A DNA stretch of 64,000 nucleotides from the NCBI GenBank assembly GCA_973895155.1, contig OZ316897.1:9943832-10007831 (forward strand), in the 5' to 3' direction. Source of the stretch: Marsupella aquatica (lineage: Eukaryota > Plantae > Marchantiophyta). Under the pieces are notes generated by a model. That model made no database searches, was not told the DNA's origin, and saw only the letters and a list, made by a program, of their open reading frames with translations. The first letter of the stretch is position 1. Each line of letters begins with the position of its first letter. Below are positions 51,623 to 64,000 of the stretch, piece after piece. The position numbers and the translations under genes are program-made.

Positions 51623-54600
51623 ATGCCTGCCGATATCGAAGACGATTTGCTGAAGGAGAAGAACCCGCCTCCGCTGGACGAGGATGATATCGCCCTTCTC
51701 AAAACCTACGTGAGTCTCTGTTTCTTTCTGTGGGGTCTTCTGTTTATGGAAATCATGTTCTTCTTGGATTCTAGGTTGGATGGAATTAGGATTCAGGCGT
51801 GGTTACTTCTCGAGTGGGGCGTTTCTGCAGTTGATTAGGTTCATTCGTATCTTTGGCTGTTTAGTACTCGTTTGCTGTTGGCTTGCGTACGTTGCTCTCG
51901 GTTGTTGCTCTTGTTGTTGTTTCTCCTGGTGTTATGAGTCGGCTAGGGTGGTGATCATTGGCACACTCTTGATTTGCACTTCTGGGATTCATTGGATTGT
52001 CTGAAATTAGGGTTTGGGGCCGTACGCGTCCCCGATTAAGAAAGCGGAGAAGGATATTAAGGAAATGGCGAAGAAAGTGAACGACTTGTGCGGTAAGTTT
52101 TCGGCATCATTGTCGTCGAAAGGGACTTCTCCTTTCATGCAGTTTTTTTTTGCCTTCTTGGCGAGGGTTTGTTATCTGAATTATCGAATTCCATCTATGG
52201 GAGTGTTGTGGATGCAACAGCCGATACCGAGGTAGCATTTTGGTGTCCTCTAGCTTTTGATGACTTCAATATTTCGCGGTCATTGCAGGGATTAAGGAGT
52301 CTGACACTGGATTGGCCGCCCCGAGCCAATGGGATCTTGTGTCTGATAAGCAGATGATGCAGGAGGAGCAACCTTTACAAGTACGGTTTTCTAGTTTAGT
52401 TCTCCGTGTTTGACCAGCAATTCTTATCATATGGATGAATTGGCATTAGTAGTGATGGCTTTCACTCCGAATCTGAACTTTCTATTGCAGCACTGAGAGA
52501 ATTCTACGTCATTCTCTTTCGGTATATCGTTTGGGATATAAAAGAACAACTTGGATGTTCTTTGAGGCAACTTACCAAGCTTTATCAATCAGTATACCCT
52601 AATTCAGTCCTAAACTACGAAATTCCCTAGTGGCGTCTAGCACGAGAAAGAAATCGCGGAAAACACTGCTACCTTTTGTGACTTTCGTGAGCCTTCAATC
52701 AGTCGATAATGACTCTATGGATTACAGATACTCAATTTCAGTTTGAATCATTGCCGCAGTCGCTAATTTGAATTGAGTAGGTTAGTATATGCACACTATT
52801 CAGGCCGTATTCTGTCAGTTGAGATAACATGTTTCCTTGCAGGTGGCAAGATGTACAAAGATCATAAACCCAGGGGCAGACGACTCTAAATATGTGATCA
52901 ATGTGAAACAGATCGCAAAGGTGATATTCTAGGTCGTAAATATGTCCTACTTGTGTGAGGGCCTTTGTTGTGCAATTGTATCTGCTTGTTTTGGGTCTTT
53001 TCTGTCAGGGACACATGGGCTGGAAAGTTGTTGACCTTTGTGTTGTCCTTTGCTCCAGTTTGTCGTTGGGCTGGGAGAGAAAGTGTCGCCGACTGACATT
53101 GAGGAGGGCATGAGGGTTGGGTAAGTCCTAACCGTTGGGGATGTTATATATTTCAACTAGGCTTTCCTTAAGTTATGCGAGCTCTTTCAGATCGAACTGT
53201 AAGCTTTTGCTGTTTGAGACTCTGAAATGAGTTTCTTCTCCTGAATATGCATAAACTAGCTGCTTTTCGTTATTTTGGCAAAAACTTTGTTCTCTGTATT
53301 TAGTAGATTATTCATGTTCGTACATGGTTGTGCAGGGTGGATAGAAATAAGTATCAGATTCAGATTCCTCTGCCGCCCAAGATTGATCCCAGTGTTACAA
53401 TGATGACTGTTGAAGAGAAGCCAGATGTTACATATAATGATATTGGTGGTTGCAAAGAACAGATTGAAAAGATGCGAGAAGTGAGTTTCTGGTTGCCAAT
53501 GACGGGAGCTGTACTTGTCCCATCGATTTGACTTTTATTGATATATATGAAAGTGCAATTGAGTTTCATTGTAGTGTAGATTAGAAGGCTCGAGTGTACA
53601 GTTGAAATCTCCCTCCATTTGTTCTTACCGTCTGGTAACTTATTGCACATGGTTGGGAATCCAGGTTGTAGAGCTTCCTATGTTGCACCCAGAGAAGTTT
53701 GTCAAGCTTGGCATTGACCCACCTAAGGGAGTGTTGTGCTATGGACCTCCTGGTACGGGAAAGACTCTTTTGGCACGTGCAGTTGCCAATCGTACAGATG
53801 CCTGCTTTATCAGGGTCATTGGGAGTGAGCTTGTTCAGAAATACGTGGGAGAGGGTGCCCGCATGGTTCGTGAGCTTTTCCAGGTATTCTATAACCCTTG
53901 TCAGTAAATTTTGGGTTAATCGTATTGTACCTCAACCACCTATAATCCTGCATATGTGGGGTCGAAGAATGGTCGGGCGTGAAGGTGGTCGATAACTAGG
54001 TATTGCAATTCTTGGCTGTGGAAAGCCTGTTATTGGTCCAATTAAAAATTGCTGCAGCTCTCAGATGAGTATCCCTGAGCTGATTATGAAACCCTATTTT
54101 ATGAACAGATGGCTAGGTCAAAGAAGGCGTGCATAGTTTTCTTTGATGAAGTCGATGCTATTGGAGGAGCCCGTTTTGATGACGGATTGGGGGGAGACAA
54201 CGAGGTGCAACGAACTATGCTTGAGATTGTGAACCAGTTGGATGGGTTCGATGCCCGTGGAAATATCAAAGTTTTGATGGCCACCAATAGGTGTGTTACG
54301 AGGGATCGTATTGTTGTGCAATGATTTAACTTTCTCTGTGCTTTCTCGTGGTCACCAGTTGGTAATACTTTCAAGCAATTTGCCGAGCCTTTTGCAGCAG
54401 TCTAAAGTATTTTCATGCGTGTGATCGCACACTCGTTAACACTTTCTTTTGTCAATCGAAAAAGCCCCGGAATTGTGTGTTGCAATTGGAGGATGATGTT
54501 CCAGTCGGGTACATGGATCACGCCGGTAGATTCTGAGAGGATTTGAGTTTTGCAGACCGGATACTCTTGACCCTGCTCTCTTGCGTCCGGGACGACTGGA

Positions 54601-55344
54601 TCGGAAGGTGGAGTTTGGACTACCAGATTTGGAAAGCAGGACTCAAATCTTCAAAATTCACACGCGTACAATGAACTGTGAGAGAGACATCCGATTTGAA
54701 CTTCTTGCTCGACTGTGTCCCAACTCTACAGGTGTGACCCGATCTCCTTGTTGGGCTTCTAATTCCACTGAGCTACAGGATAAAAGAAGCTGATTGTCTT
54801 TAGTTTACATGTGGATGTCTAGAGTTTCGCATTCTCCACTACGCCGTCCGTGGAAATGCCACGGAACATACCAACCAGGAGACCTGTAGATCTGCAACTT
54901 GTAATGGCTGGCTTGAATTTTGCATCTTAGGGTCATACCACAGGGATTCTTCTAATCTTAGACCTTTCCGTTTGTCAGCACATGCACTTTAGTCTTCCTG
55001 CTGACTGGTATCGGAGCCTCCCTAGGTTGAGTATTGATGTTTTCTTCATGGATATCTAGAGTCACATTGCTAATTATCAAAATATCATGCAGTTAAGGTA
55101 GTCTAAACTTAGATTTTGAAGCTTCCTGCGGATGGAACAACACTTAAAAGATATCCCATCGTATGCTGACATCACGTGTGCTGCAGGTGCTGATATCCGG
55201 AGTGTATGCACAGAGGCTGGCATGTATGCCATTCGTGCTCGCAGGAAAACTGTGACAGAGAAAGATTTCCTCGAAGCTGTTAACAAGGTTATCAAGGGTT
55301 ACCAGAAGTTCAGTGCTACTCCGAAGTACATGGTCTACAATTAG
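51623..55344 (+). CDS. RPT1: 26S proteasome AAA-ATPase regulatory subunit 7 (RPT1/PSMC2)
   Basis: Exons 51623-51709, 52011-52092, 52289-52380, 52843-52920, 53059-53120, 53336-53480, 53665-53883, 54109-54290, 54556-54731, 55187-55344. [13 protein letters not shown] start, Walker A GPPGTGKT, Walker B FFDEVD, RPGRLDR, C-terminus [10 protein letters not shown]. Confidence 0.98.
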
Positions 55345-55888
55345 GATGTCTTTAATCTTCCATGAGACTTTCCTCTAGAGGCTTCATCAATCGTCATGCG
55401 TCTTTGCAGAAAGTAGAAAACTACAAATTTTTGTACATTACCAAGCAAGTCTATTGATTCAAGCCGCATGGAAATCCAAATTCTTATGCGTTGAGAAAAT
55501 CAGCCGTTGGAGTGCCTCATGTCGGGCCAGGGATTTGTTACTTATATACCTGACCACTCGGGCGGCGACCAAATGACACATTGTGTGGCATGGGGCTGTG
55601 AGGAGAATATGTATCATGGATGATCTTTCTACATGTGCAAAATTGAAAGTAAGCAGTCAACTGATAAGTGGTACAATTGGAAGACTTCTGGCAAGATCGT
55701 TTGTGTTATCTAAGTATCGGTGTAAATGGTTCAGATCTTTTTCGGTATTGAGTCTTTTCATAGGCTCTTTCCTTCATGGGCTCGCTCTGCATCTCTAGAT
55801 ATCAAGTACAGTAGACATGTTCAGCCTCGCAGAGTAGTACCTTGTACTGAGTGGGCAAGAGAAACCGGGCAGAGTGAGGTTCTCTCAT

Positions 55889-56056
55889 TTGTTGCAGTGC
55901 GCGCAAGCGCAAGCGGAATCCTTGTATTCTGGATCTAAACATGATGGGCTGAGAGCTCTAACAACCGAGGACTTGTTGCAGTGCGCGCAAGCGCAAGCGG
56001 AATCCTTGTATTCTGGATCTAAACATGATTGGCTGAGAGCTCTAACAACCGAGGAC
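55889..56056. repeat. 84-bp near-perfect tandem duplication
   Basis: TTGTTGCAGTGCGCGCAAGCGCAAGCGG...CTAACAACCGAGGAC occurs twice with one difference. Confidence 0.95.
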
Positions 56057-56242
56057 GTGCCCCGAGGACAGTTTTGTAGAATGCATGATATTTGTATCTA
56101 GCGCGAGCCAAAAAGCCCTTCATACTACGAGGCACTACGAGGCACATCACGGCGAAACCAAAAAACAAGTCTCAGACCGATCAGTAAAACACTCGGGCTT
56201 TGTGGGTTAGCAATCACACTGATTACATGCTTAATTTGACCA

Positions 56243-57160
56243 TCCACACTAGTAAGGAACATTGTACTTAGTGTAATGCGGACTAATTTGAACTAGAAAT
56301 TCGTGTGTATTGAACCTATTGGCCGTCCATAGTAACTTTAATTTTCACTTAGAAACCGAGTATGAAAATTAATGTGGATCACGCTAACTACAGTACTCAA
56401 TAAAATGTTTGGTTCCTTCTACTAAGCTTTTCTGTCCTTCTGGTGCTGTTGAAGTGATGGGGTCAAGAAATGGCCATGGATGTGTTGTCCTCAACCTAAT
56501 TGCAGAAAGTGTTCAGTAATGTATTTGATACATCATTGGCCGTCGTATTGTTGAGCATGTTCTCACCCCATAGGTTTGGTAATGGGCGTGGTACATCTGG
56601 TACTCTTTGACTCGGCTCACTCAGAACTAAGGCTGAAAGTAAAGCTCTCATAGACCAACTAGTTGAACAAGATACTCCAGGGGACCACTCTGAAACTTCA
56701 GCTTTTACTCATGTAGCGCTTTTGTTTTAATGCTCACTCTTATGGGTGTTCAAAATTGCCTGGTCCATCTGTCGGGAGTCCTATGCTCAAACATTGTGGT
56801 CCATCCTAGCATCAACTTCATTCCCTGCCGCACTCCTTTTCCATTAGTCTCCTTTTGGGGAAATGTGCTCCCATAGGCCACCCGCATGGACCTAGGGAAC
56901 CTTCAATGTCTCTCTTGATATCCAAGGGAAGCTGCTTGGAAGATATATCTAACCAGTCTAACATGTTTAGTTTTCATGAAGAATTGAAAGAGTTTCAAAG
57001 TTCTGAATTATTCCACCATTGGATGTCCACATTTTCCCAAGAGTTTTTGAGCATCTAACTTTGACTTTCAGTACCTCCCTTGATTACCAATGAAATATAT
57101 TGTTTCTGGGTTACTTGGAAATGGCTTGGAAAGATATTTCCAATGAGCCCAATTTTGTCA
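56243..57160 (+). repeat. Copy 1 of a duplicated segment (copy 2 at ~60555-61302)
   Basis: Collinear blocks TCCACACTAGTAAGGAACATT, CCTATTGGCYGTCCAYAGTAACTTT, CTGGTGCTGTYGAAGTGATGGGG, CCAAGGGAAGCTGCTTGGAA, CATGTTTAGTTTTCATGAAGAATT, CTAACTTTGAC.TTCAGTACCTCC. Confidence 0.85.
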
Positions 57161-58134
57161 AATTTAGCGAGACAATACCTACAAATCTCCATAGATGATG
57201 CTCTGGTGTTTTTTCCACATTTTTCTGTGATATGTACTATATCAGCAGTCTTTCACTGCCGCCCAAAGTCCATCTGAGCATGTAGGGCCAACTCGCATGT
57301 ATGCAGCCCTGAAGAAATTTGCCCTAAGCACTCGCAAACTTTTTGTGAAAAGAACAGATCCTCTCCCTGTTAAGTGTGATGCATGATTACCCTTGCCCTT
57401 TGTATTCACTCTTTGATGTTGCCCATTACAGATTATGCAGGACACATCTTGTTTTATGTGAAACTCAAAGTATGAAAAGCTTCTGGCCCTTGCCCTTGGT
57501 TTTGCACTTTGCATTGCATAGCCCGGACTAGGGAGGATCCTCCACAATATTGGCATGAGTACTTATATGCCATGTGCGAAGTTGAGGGCTGGAAAAGGTA
57601 GGGCTGCTCACATGCGAGTTGGCTCTTAGGCAAATGTGGAGATCCAGCTAAGCTTCAATTTCCCTATATCTGTTAAAAAATCTGATTTCCCAGGAAAAAA
57701 GAAAAGGAAATGACGTGGAGACAGCGCTAACACCATCCCAATATTTTCCTATCGAGAGATAGAAATGAGTACTCACATCATGGTCTTCCCAAGGACTCGG
57801 CCACGAGAGTAGAGTTTCATTCTCAGGCAACCCTGTACCACCGAATGTGGCAAACAGAGCTCGTGGAGTCCAGCTTCATCGCTCTTAGCAAACAGCAGAA
57901 ATTACAATTTCAAGGTTTGGGCATCAGGCAATTTGGTGCACAGCCCTTCGAAGGCTCCTGGGAGCTGCTGGGTGATTTCTCAAGTCCTCACCACAATTGG
58001 AAAGGCAATGCAACACTGTAAGTAGAGACGGCTTGCTTCGATTCTGGTGCTGGTGCAATCTGCTAGAAACGTATCGGAGAATTACGAATTACGCTTGAAG
58101 AGAAAGAGGGGCGGCCACAAGGAGCAGCAGCAGG

Positions 58135-58875
58135 ATGAGCAGCAGCAGCTACAGCAGGTTAACAAAGCATGGAAAGGTGTTCCTCCTGGAGCTACTGGGA
58201 ACGGGAGACCATCGACTCAGCCCAGCCTCGTTCTCAGAAATCATGGCGCATCTGGAGACAGTGAACAATTCAGAGGACGCAGGGGCGCTCGTGACGACCA
58301 ATGAGGGTAAATTCTTTTGCAATGGGCTGGACCTCGAGTGGATCACTGAGGATTCTAAAGAAAGAGGCCCAGTTCTGTATAGAAAGTTTGAAGAGCTGCT
58401 CATAGCGCTCATGTGCATGAATGTGCCCACCATAGCTGCTGTCCGTGGGCACGCAGCAGGAGCAGGTTTGTGCATTGCCATGGCCCATGACCACAGATTC
58501 ATGAGAGCGGACCGGGGCTTTCTCTACTCCAGCGGTGTGGACGTCAATGTGGCTGTGCCTGCCGCGACTCTTGCGCTCTTTGCCTGCAAAATGTCTCCCA
58601 GGGTTTACAAAGATGCTGTTCTTAAATGTGTGAAATTCACAGGCAAAATGGCGTTGGAGGCGGACTTGATCGATGCTTTGTTTGATGATTCCGAGACCAC
58701 ATTGAAGGAGGCTTTGAAGGAGGCCGAGGCTTTGGCTGGAAGAAATTGGGATAAGAGTGTTTACAAGGGGATGAGATCAGCCATGTATCCCGATGTGGTC
58801 GAGAACCTCCGGAGAGGTGATTATCAGTCGTTTGCTCCTGCTGGGGCCAGCTTGAAAGGGTTTAAACCACAATGA
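58135..58875 (+). CDS. Enoyl-CoA delta-isomerase-like crotonase (plant ECI family), intronless
   Basis: 246-aa ORF with the plant ECI motifs GDHRL, LVTTNEGKFFCNGLDL, PTIAAVRGHAAGAG, HDHRFMRADRGFLY. Confidence 0.9.
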   Translation: MSSSSYSRLTKHGKVFLLELLGTGDHRLSPASFSEIMAHLETVNNSEDAGALVTTNEGKFFCNGLDLEWITEDSKERGPVLYRKFEELLIALMCMNVPTIAAVRGHAAGAGLCIAMAHDHRFMRADRGFLYSSGVDVNVAVPAATLALFACKMSPRVYKDAVLKCVKFTGKMALEADLIDALFDDSETTLKEALKEAEALAGRNWDKSVYKGMRSAMYPDVVENLRRGDYQSFAPAGASLKGFKPQ

Positions 58876-60123
58876 CTCCTTATCTCTTCGTTGTAAATCT
58901 TCATTGGGATATGATGGAGCTGATCAGATTCAATGTCAGATTGAATGATCAGTTTTCAAACATATTATTGTACCCTGGATTACTGACGTGGGTGCAAAAT
59001 TATGATGTAGCCTGCGAAGGTATTGGATCAGTGCAGATTTTCTTTGTTAGAATAGGGTGGGCTCTCTACTGTATCACACATGGTTATACCAATCCCGTTT
59101 CAGCAGGTGATCTTAATTGATTAATATGTCTCATGGACATTCATTTATTTTCAATTGGCACTAAGTTCTCTATTTTGTGCAAGTGAATCATCGATTTGCC
59201 AGAAATATTTAGGAAAGGCGCATTATGTGCATTCTTGCATTCTAACTTAACGACGTGCAATAAAATGGAATGATGTAAAATCAGGACAGGACAGTGGAAT
59301 TGGGCACTGTGGTTGGACTTACAACCGTAGTGACGGGATTTGTGGATGTGGAAGTTTGGGTCACCATTTATCCAAGACTAGGAATGTTTCATGAGCAGTC
59401 CGGGGTCTTTGCAGCCGAGGATTAGTGGAAAGAGTTCCACCTTACTCCCAGTGGAGTGGTTCGGCTGATGACGATGGACATGTGGGGTCTCGGAATCTTC
59501 TCTTCACTCTATAATCAAGCAAGCAACATAGGATCCGGTTGGAGATCCCCAAAAGACATACCTTTGGCGGCAGCCAGTTGACATCCATGCCCTAAATGGA
59601 ATCAAGCTCGGGTGCTGTAGGATATGATTCGGTGATGGATTTCACCCCGCTTGGGTCTGGAACCATCTCTATGTTAAAACGGTTCTCACTTAAGCAATAC
59701 GAAGCCCTCCACTGGGCTTCAAGATACAATGTGTCTCTTAGATGAGGGATGGGTGGTCTGTTCCCATCAGCCCAAGCCCTAAAGCTGGAGGTCAATTGAG
59801 GCATTAGCCAAATTTGTTCGCCCCATCTTGCAAAGCAATGACTCATGAATTCATTGAATCAAGATCTAATCAAGCGACATTGTGCATTTGTTAGAAAACT
59901 GTGTGCGAACGGAGGAGCTAAGAGAGCCAATGAGATTGCAGACTGAGTGTGCTAGAAGAGAGCGATAGGGAGACACTGCGGGCCTAAAACTAGACGAATT
60001 GGTCACCCTCTCTCTTTTCTGTGCCAAAGGTTGACATATCTTTTCTTGAACCCATCCGAATGGCTTCCACTGTTGCATCTTGTGCCTGTTAACGAGAGAA
60101 TCATGTAACAGGAAGCCTCAGAC

Positions 60124-60250
60124 ATTCATTGAGGCCTACTCAACAATAAAGTTTAAAGGGAAAATCTGTGAAATCACACATAAAGGGAACAGTCAGTCAT
60201 TCATTGAGGCCTACTCAACAATAAAGTTTAAAGGGAAAATCTGTGAAATC
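60124..60250. repeat. ~74-bp-spaced direct duplication
   Basis: CATTCATTGAGGCCTACTCAACAATAAAGTTTAAAGGGAAAATCTGTGAAATC occurs twice. Confidence 0.95.
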
Positions 60251-60554
60251 CCACATGCAGTGAATCGTGACAGTTGAACCCAAGACCTATGAGTAGTGAG
60301 TAAGCTACCAAACAGCCGACCTTTGAGTAGTTAGTGAGCTACCAAACAGCCGCCATGCCTCTCTGGGCTACTCAACACTACAGTTTGAGCTATAATAGAT
60401 TCAAGACCACGATATAGCATGTTCAAGACCACGATTGTACATGTCAAACAAATTCTTCTTGTGATAATGACCAGTGTTGACCAGGTTTTAAGAAACTAAA
60501 GTGGAGTTGCGAGGCAGAGAATGACCGGCATGTCACAACTAATTCATTTCCTTT

Positions 60555-61302
60555 TCCACACTAGTAAGGAACATTTTAATTAGTGTGTACTGATCCTCCT
60601 ATTGGCTGTCCACAGTAACTTTTGGTAACCCTAAACACAACTACACCTACGGGTAACCCGCACCACTCATCACAAAGTGCACTTGTACCTCTCATTACAA
60701 AGTGCAAAGGTTCAATTTAAGTAGGAATGGGCTCGGGCTCCACATTTTGTGATGACTGATACACCTTTTATGGTGAGTATACTGTTCACCACAGGACAGG
60801 AATGAGCACTTGCAAAGCAAGGAATGGGGCTATTATATGGGCCCCGACATGGGCAGGTGTGGTTTAACAAAACCCCAATATGAAAATGAATGCGGACCAT
60901 GCAAACTACAGTACTTAGTGTAATGTTTGGTTAGCAACTCAGAGTCTATATCCTCCTGGTGCTGTCGAAGTGATGGGGGCCAAAAAATGGCCCAAAATGT
61001 ATTGTTGGACAACCTAGTTGCAGAAAATGGCCATCACATTCAAAACATCACATTCAAAATAGTATTGTTGAGACCTTTCTCCCCTTATAACCAAGGGAAG
61101 CTGCTTGGAATCTGTAAGTCTAGCATGTTTAGTTTTCATGAAGAATTTCTAAATTATACCACCACTCACTGTCCACATTTTTCCAAGAGTTTTTGAGTTA
61201 CTAACTTTGACATTCAGTACCTCCTTGATTATCAATGAAGTCAATGTTTTGGAGGTTATCTGGAAAATAATGGCTTAGAAAGATCTTCCCAAATCCAATA
61301 TT
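60555..61302 (+). repeat. Copy 2 of the duplicated segment, ending at the copia insertion
   Basis: Collinear with 56243-57160. Has a private ~250-bp insert (~60622-60872) and lacks the ~350-bp insert of copy 1 (~56572-56920). Confidence 0.85.
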
Positions 61303-64000
61303 TGTTAGGATTTACTCTTAGGTCTAGAGTTACGATTGTACCGTAGTTAAGGCTAACCTTAGTCATAGACTTGGTTAGGTTAGTCATGTTGTGCACACTC
61401 TATAACCAAGCGGTGTTTGCTTGGTGAGGGGGGACTCAGGCTCATTGTTACGGAGCTAGTTGAGAGATAGAGAGAGCTTGCGCTGTGGATGCTTGGAATG
61501 GCGATCGGCCTAGAGTGCAGTAAAGCTCTCGTGTGTTCCCGTGGACGTAGTCTCATAAGGAGGTGAACCACGTATCTCTCTATGTCGACTCTTGTGCGTT
61601 GGATGGTTCATGGGCTTGCCGTTGCGATTGTCGTCTATGCTCAACAAATGGTATCAGAGCATGCCTGGGAGGTGATGAGGTTTTTTCGTGACGGTTTTCC
61701 AGCATTCATTGTTGGTGTTGCATTCGGGGTTTCGTCGCATGAAACTCGAATGTGTGTGGCTGAGCAAATAGGTTAGTGAGAGGGCTTTCTAACGGTGGTT
61801 AGAACTCGCTGATCGGTATCCGTGGTGCGGAGGAATTGAAGTTTGCGTCATTCAGGGTTTATTCATGTTCGACGGGATTTTGGGAGAGAGACCAGAGATT
61901 GTTTTTTCAACAGTGTGAGCTGTGCGGTGCAAGAGGCATCGCATGTTATAGCTCAAGTTGAAGGTTGAAGCGAGCTGGTCGTTTTGGTACCTGGTTTGCT
62001 GGCGTTTGTGGAGCGAGTGCGTCGTGACGAGTGAAAGTTGAGTTCTGGTTTTTGACAAGCTATGGTGCTTGTTTTTCCCTGAACCGGATTACTCGTCGTG
62101 ACGCTTGACTCGGAGGAAGAAACGCGAAGTGCTGAGGCTCAACGGAGAGATCATGGTGAGGCGATCATTTTGAGTCCGGGATTGGCCCTTGACGCGGAGA
62201 GAGTAAGACACGGCGGAGGTTTTCTCTTCTCTGGTGGAGCTGCAGACGTGCCGGTGCAATTCGGCAACATTTCATGTCGGTGGTCATCACTTTTCTCATT
62301 GGAAACCGAAGCGGAGGCACCTGAGACGTGGAACTTGAAGCACGAGGATCACCGCGGCGGTTTGAGGGGCAGAGAGAGGAGCAGGAGGAAGAGCACGTGA
62401 CACCGGTACCATCACCGGTGCGACGTGTGGTGGAGGAAGCAGTACTACTACCGGAGCTTACAGTAGTGCCAAAGAAGAAGATGGGGACTTTCAAGCTTGG
62501 GGGACTCAAGTATGAAGTGACAAAGTATGATGGGCGCTCTGACTACTTGCTATGGGAGAAGCAGGTGAAGGGAGTGCTCTATGCGTCAGGGATGGGCCAA
62601 CTGCTGAGCCCTCGTGAAGACGATGTTGATGAGAAACAATGGGACCGCATGCAGGAGTAGGGAGTGTGGTGTATTACACTCTATCTCATGCCTCCCATCA
62701 TCAAGCAGTTGGGTGCACATAAGGATTGCATGTCCTTGTTTGCGGAATTGCAGAGCAAGTATCACCGCAAGGAGTTGTCGAACCGACTCTACACTTCCTA
62801 TAAACTGATGAGTTTCAGGATGAAGGAATCCGGTACAAAGTTACAAGACCATGTGGATGTTTTCAACGACATGGTCGTTGACTTGGAAAATCTTGGGGAG
62901 ACTTTGAATGATGAGACGAAGGCTCTGCAGCTTCTCAGTTCATTGCCTCCATCTTACCAGTCCCTATCACGAGTGTTGTTGCATCGTGATAGGGATACCA
63001 TTTCATACAATGACATGGTAAGTTCTCTGCTTAGTGATGATTTTCAGCAGAAGATGCACATCATGTCACAGCCTTCATCATCTGGTGCTGTCCTCAATGT
63101 TAACCGTGGGAGGAGTATGCAGCGACCAACTAAAGACCGTAGAACCCAGTTTAGATCTAAATCCAGATCTAAGTCCAGGGGTAAATCCCCTCAGAGGAGG
63201 TAGGTGACAAGTTGGAAGTGCAACCAAGTTGGACACTTCAAGCAAGGCTGTAAGGGAAAGGCAGCGGAATCTTCATCGACAAATGTGGCTAGGGCTGATG
63301 GAGAAGTTGATTTACTCAATGATGAGTATGTTTTATGAAGCCGGGGGTATGCCCTGTGCACGTCATCTAGGGGAGAAGATGATGTGTGGATTCTTGATTG
63401 TGCTTGCTCTTTTCATATTTGTTACATTCATGAGTTTTGTAGTTCTTACTCTGTTTCAAACGGTTTAGTTTTGATGAGAAATGATCACTCCTGTCAAATT
63501 GAGGGAATTGGGTCTGTGAAGATTCAAATGTTTGATGGCGCTGTGCGCACAGTGTTCAAAGTCAGGTATGTACCTGGCATGCGTAAGAATCTGATTTCAC
63601 TTGATGTGTTGGATTCAAATGGTCATCAATGAAGCGTTATTGATGGTGAACTTCAAGTTAGGTCGGGAGAGACAGTGATTTTGAAGGGGAGCAGACAGAA
63701 GAATTTGTATGTGTTATAGGGCAATACTGTATGTGGAGAGGCCAATGTAACCAAGTCTCACGAGGAGATGACTCAACTGTGGCATTCACGGTTAGACCAC
63801 ATGAGTGAGAAGGGTTTGGCTATCTTACGGAAGAATGGACTCATTTCTGATTTGCAATCTTGTAAATTAGAGTTTTGTGAGCATTGCATTCTTGGAAAGC
63901 AGCATCGTCGTGCTTTTGGTGTTGGAACACAGGAGTGTGTTTGACCCATGTGTGTATCTTAAACCGGTGAAGAATGTTGTTTTTGGGTTCATTATTTTAG
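61303..64000 (+). mobile_element. Ty1/copia LTR retrotransposon, decayed, runs off the window
   Basis: 5' LTR TGTT...AACA at 61303-61646. PBS TGGTATCAGAGC (tRNA-iMet) at 61649-61660. Gag (KYDGRSDYLLW; ALQLLSSLPPSY), degenerate Zn knuckle (SWKCNQVGHFKQGC), protease (WILDCACSFH), GAG-pre-integrase (LWHSRLDHMSEKG...CEHCILGKQ). Confidence 0.95.
62328..64000 (+). pseudogene. Disrupted copia gag-pol polyprotein
   Basis: Stops at 62658-62660, 63201-63203 and 63630-63632, a frameshift near 63340-63380, and an internal deletion near 63930. Confidence 0.9.

Noticed and set aside
51227-51838. 203-aa ORF as an extended RPT1 N-terminus
   Set aside because: Runs through promoter/UTR and intron 1. The conserved protein begins at ATG 51623.
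59590-60080. Minus-strand ORFs with a WVQEKICQP motif like LINE ORF2 C-terminal regions
   Set aside because: Single weak motif; not enough to annotate.

Overview
Eukaryotic nuclear DNA from a land plant. GT-AG introns, a phytocyanin and a Ty1/copia element with a tRNA-Met PBS support this; a non-seed-plant origin is plausible but cannot be proven from the sequence. Intact genes: Mg-dependent phosphatase MDP1 (-, 4 exons), PPIL1/CYP18-2-type cyclophilin (+, 6 exons), a probably GPI-anchored phytocyanin (-, 2 exons), 26S proteasome ATPase RPT1 (+, 10 exons) and an intronless enoyl-CoA isomerase-like gene (+). There is also a frameshifted LRR/NLR-like relic near the start. The rest is repeat-rich: a decayed Ty1/copia element at the right edge with two older relatives, an inverted pair of MITEs (8-bp TSD on one copy), SINE/LINE remnants, many local duplications and promoter-proximal tandem arrays. 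A gene-free but high-complexity block spans about 26-35.5 kb. I found no clearly new protein system. The best leads are: a copper-regulation signature on the phytocyanin (miR408 site plus GTAC cluster); a miR399-complementary motif and SPL-site cluster in the gene-free block; an ECI paralog lacking the catalytic Glu and PTS1 inside a local duplication; and a CpG-decay gradient in the RPT1 promoter array. All coordinates and alignments were made by eye, and miRNA and homolog sequences were recalled from memory, not searched.
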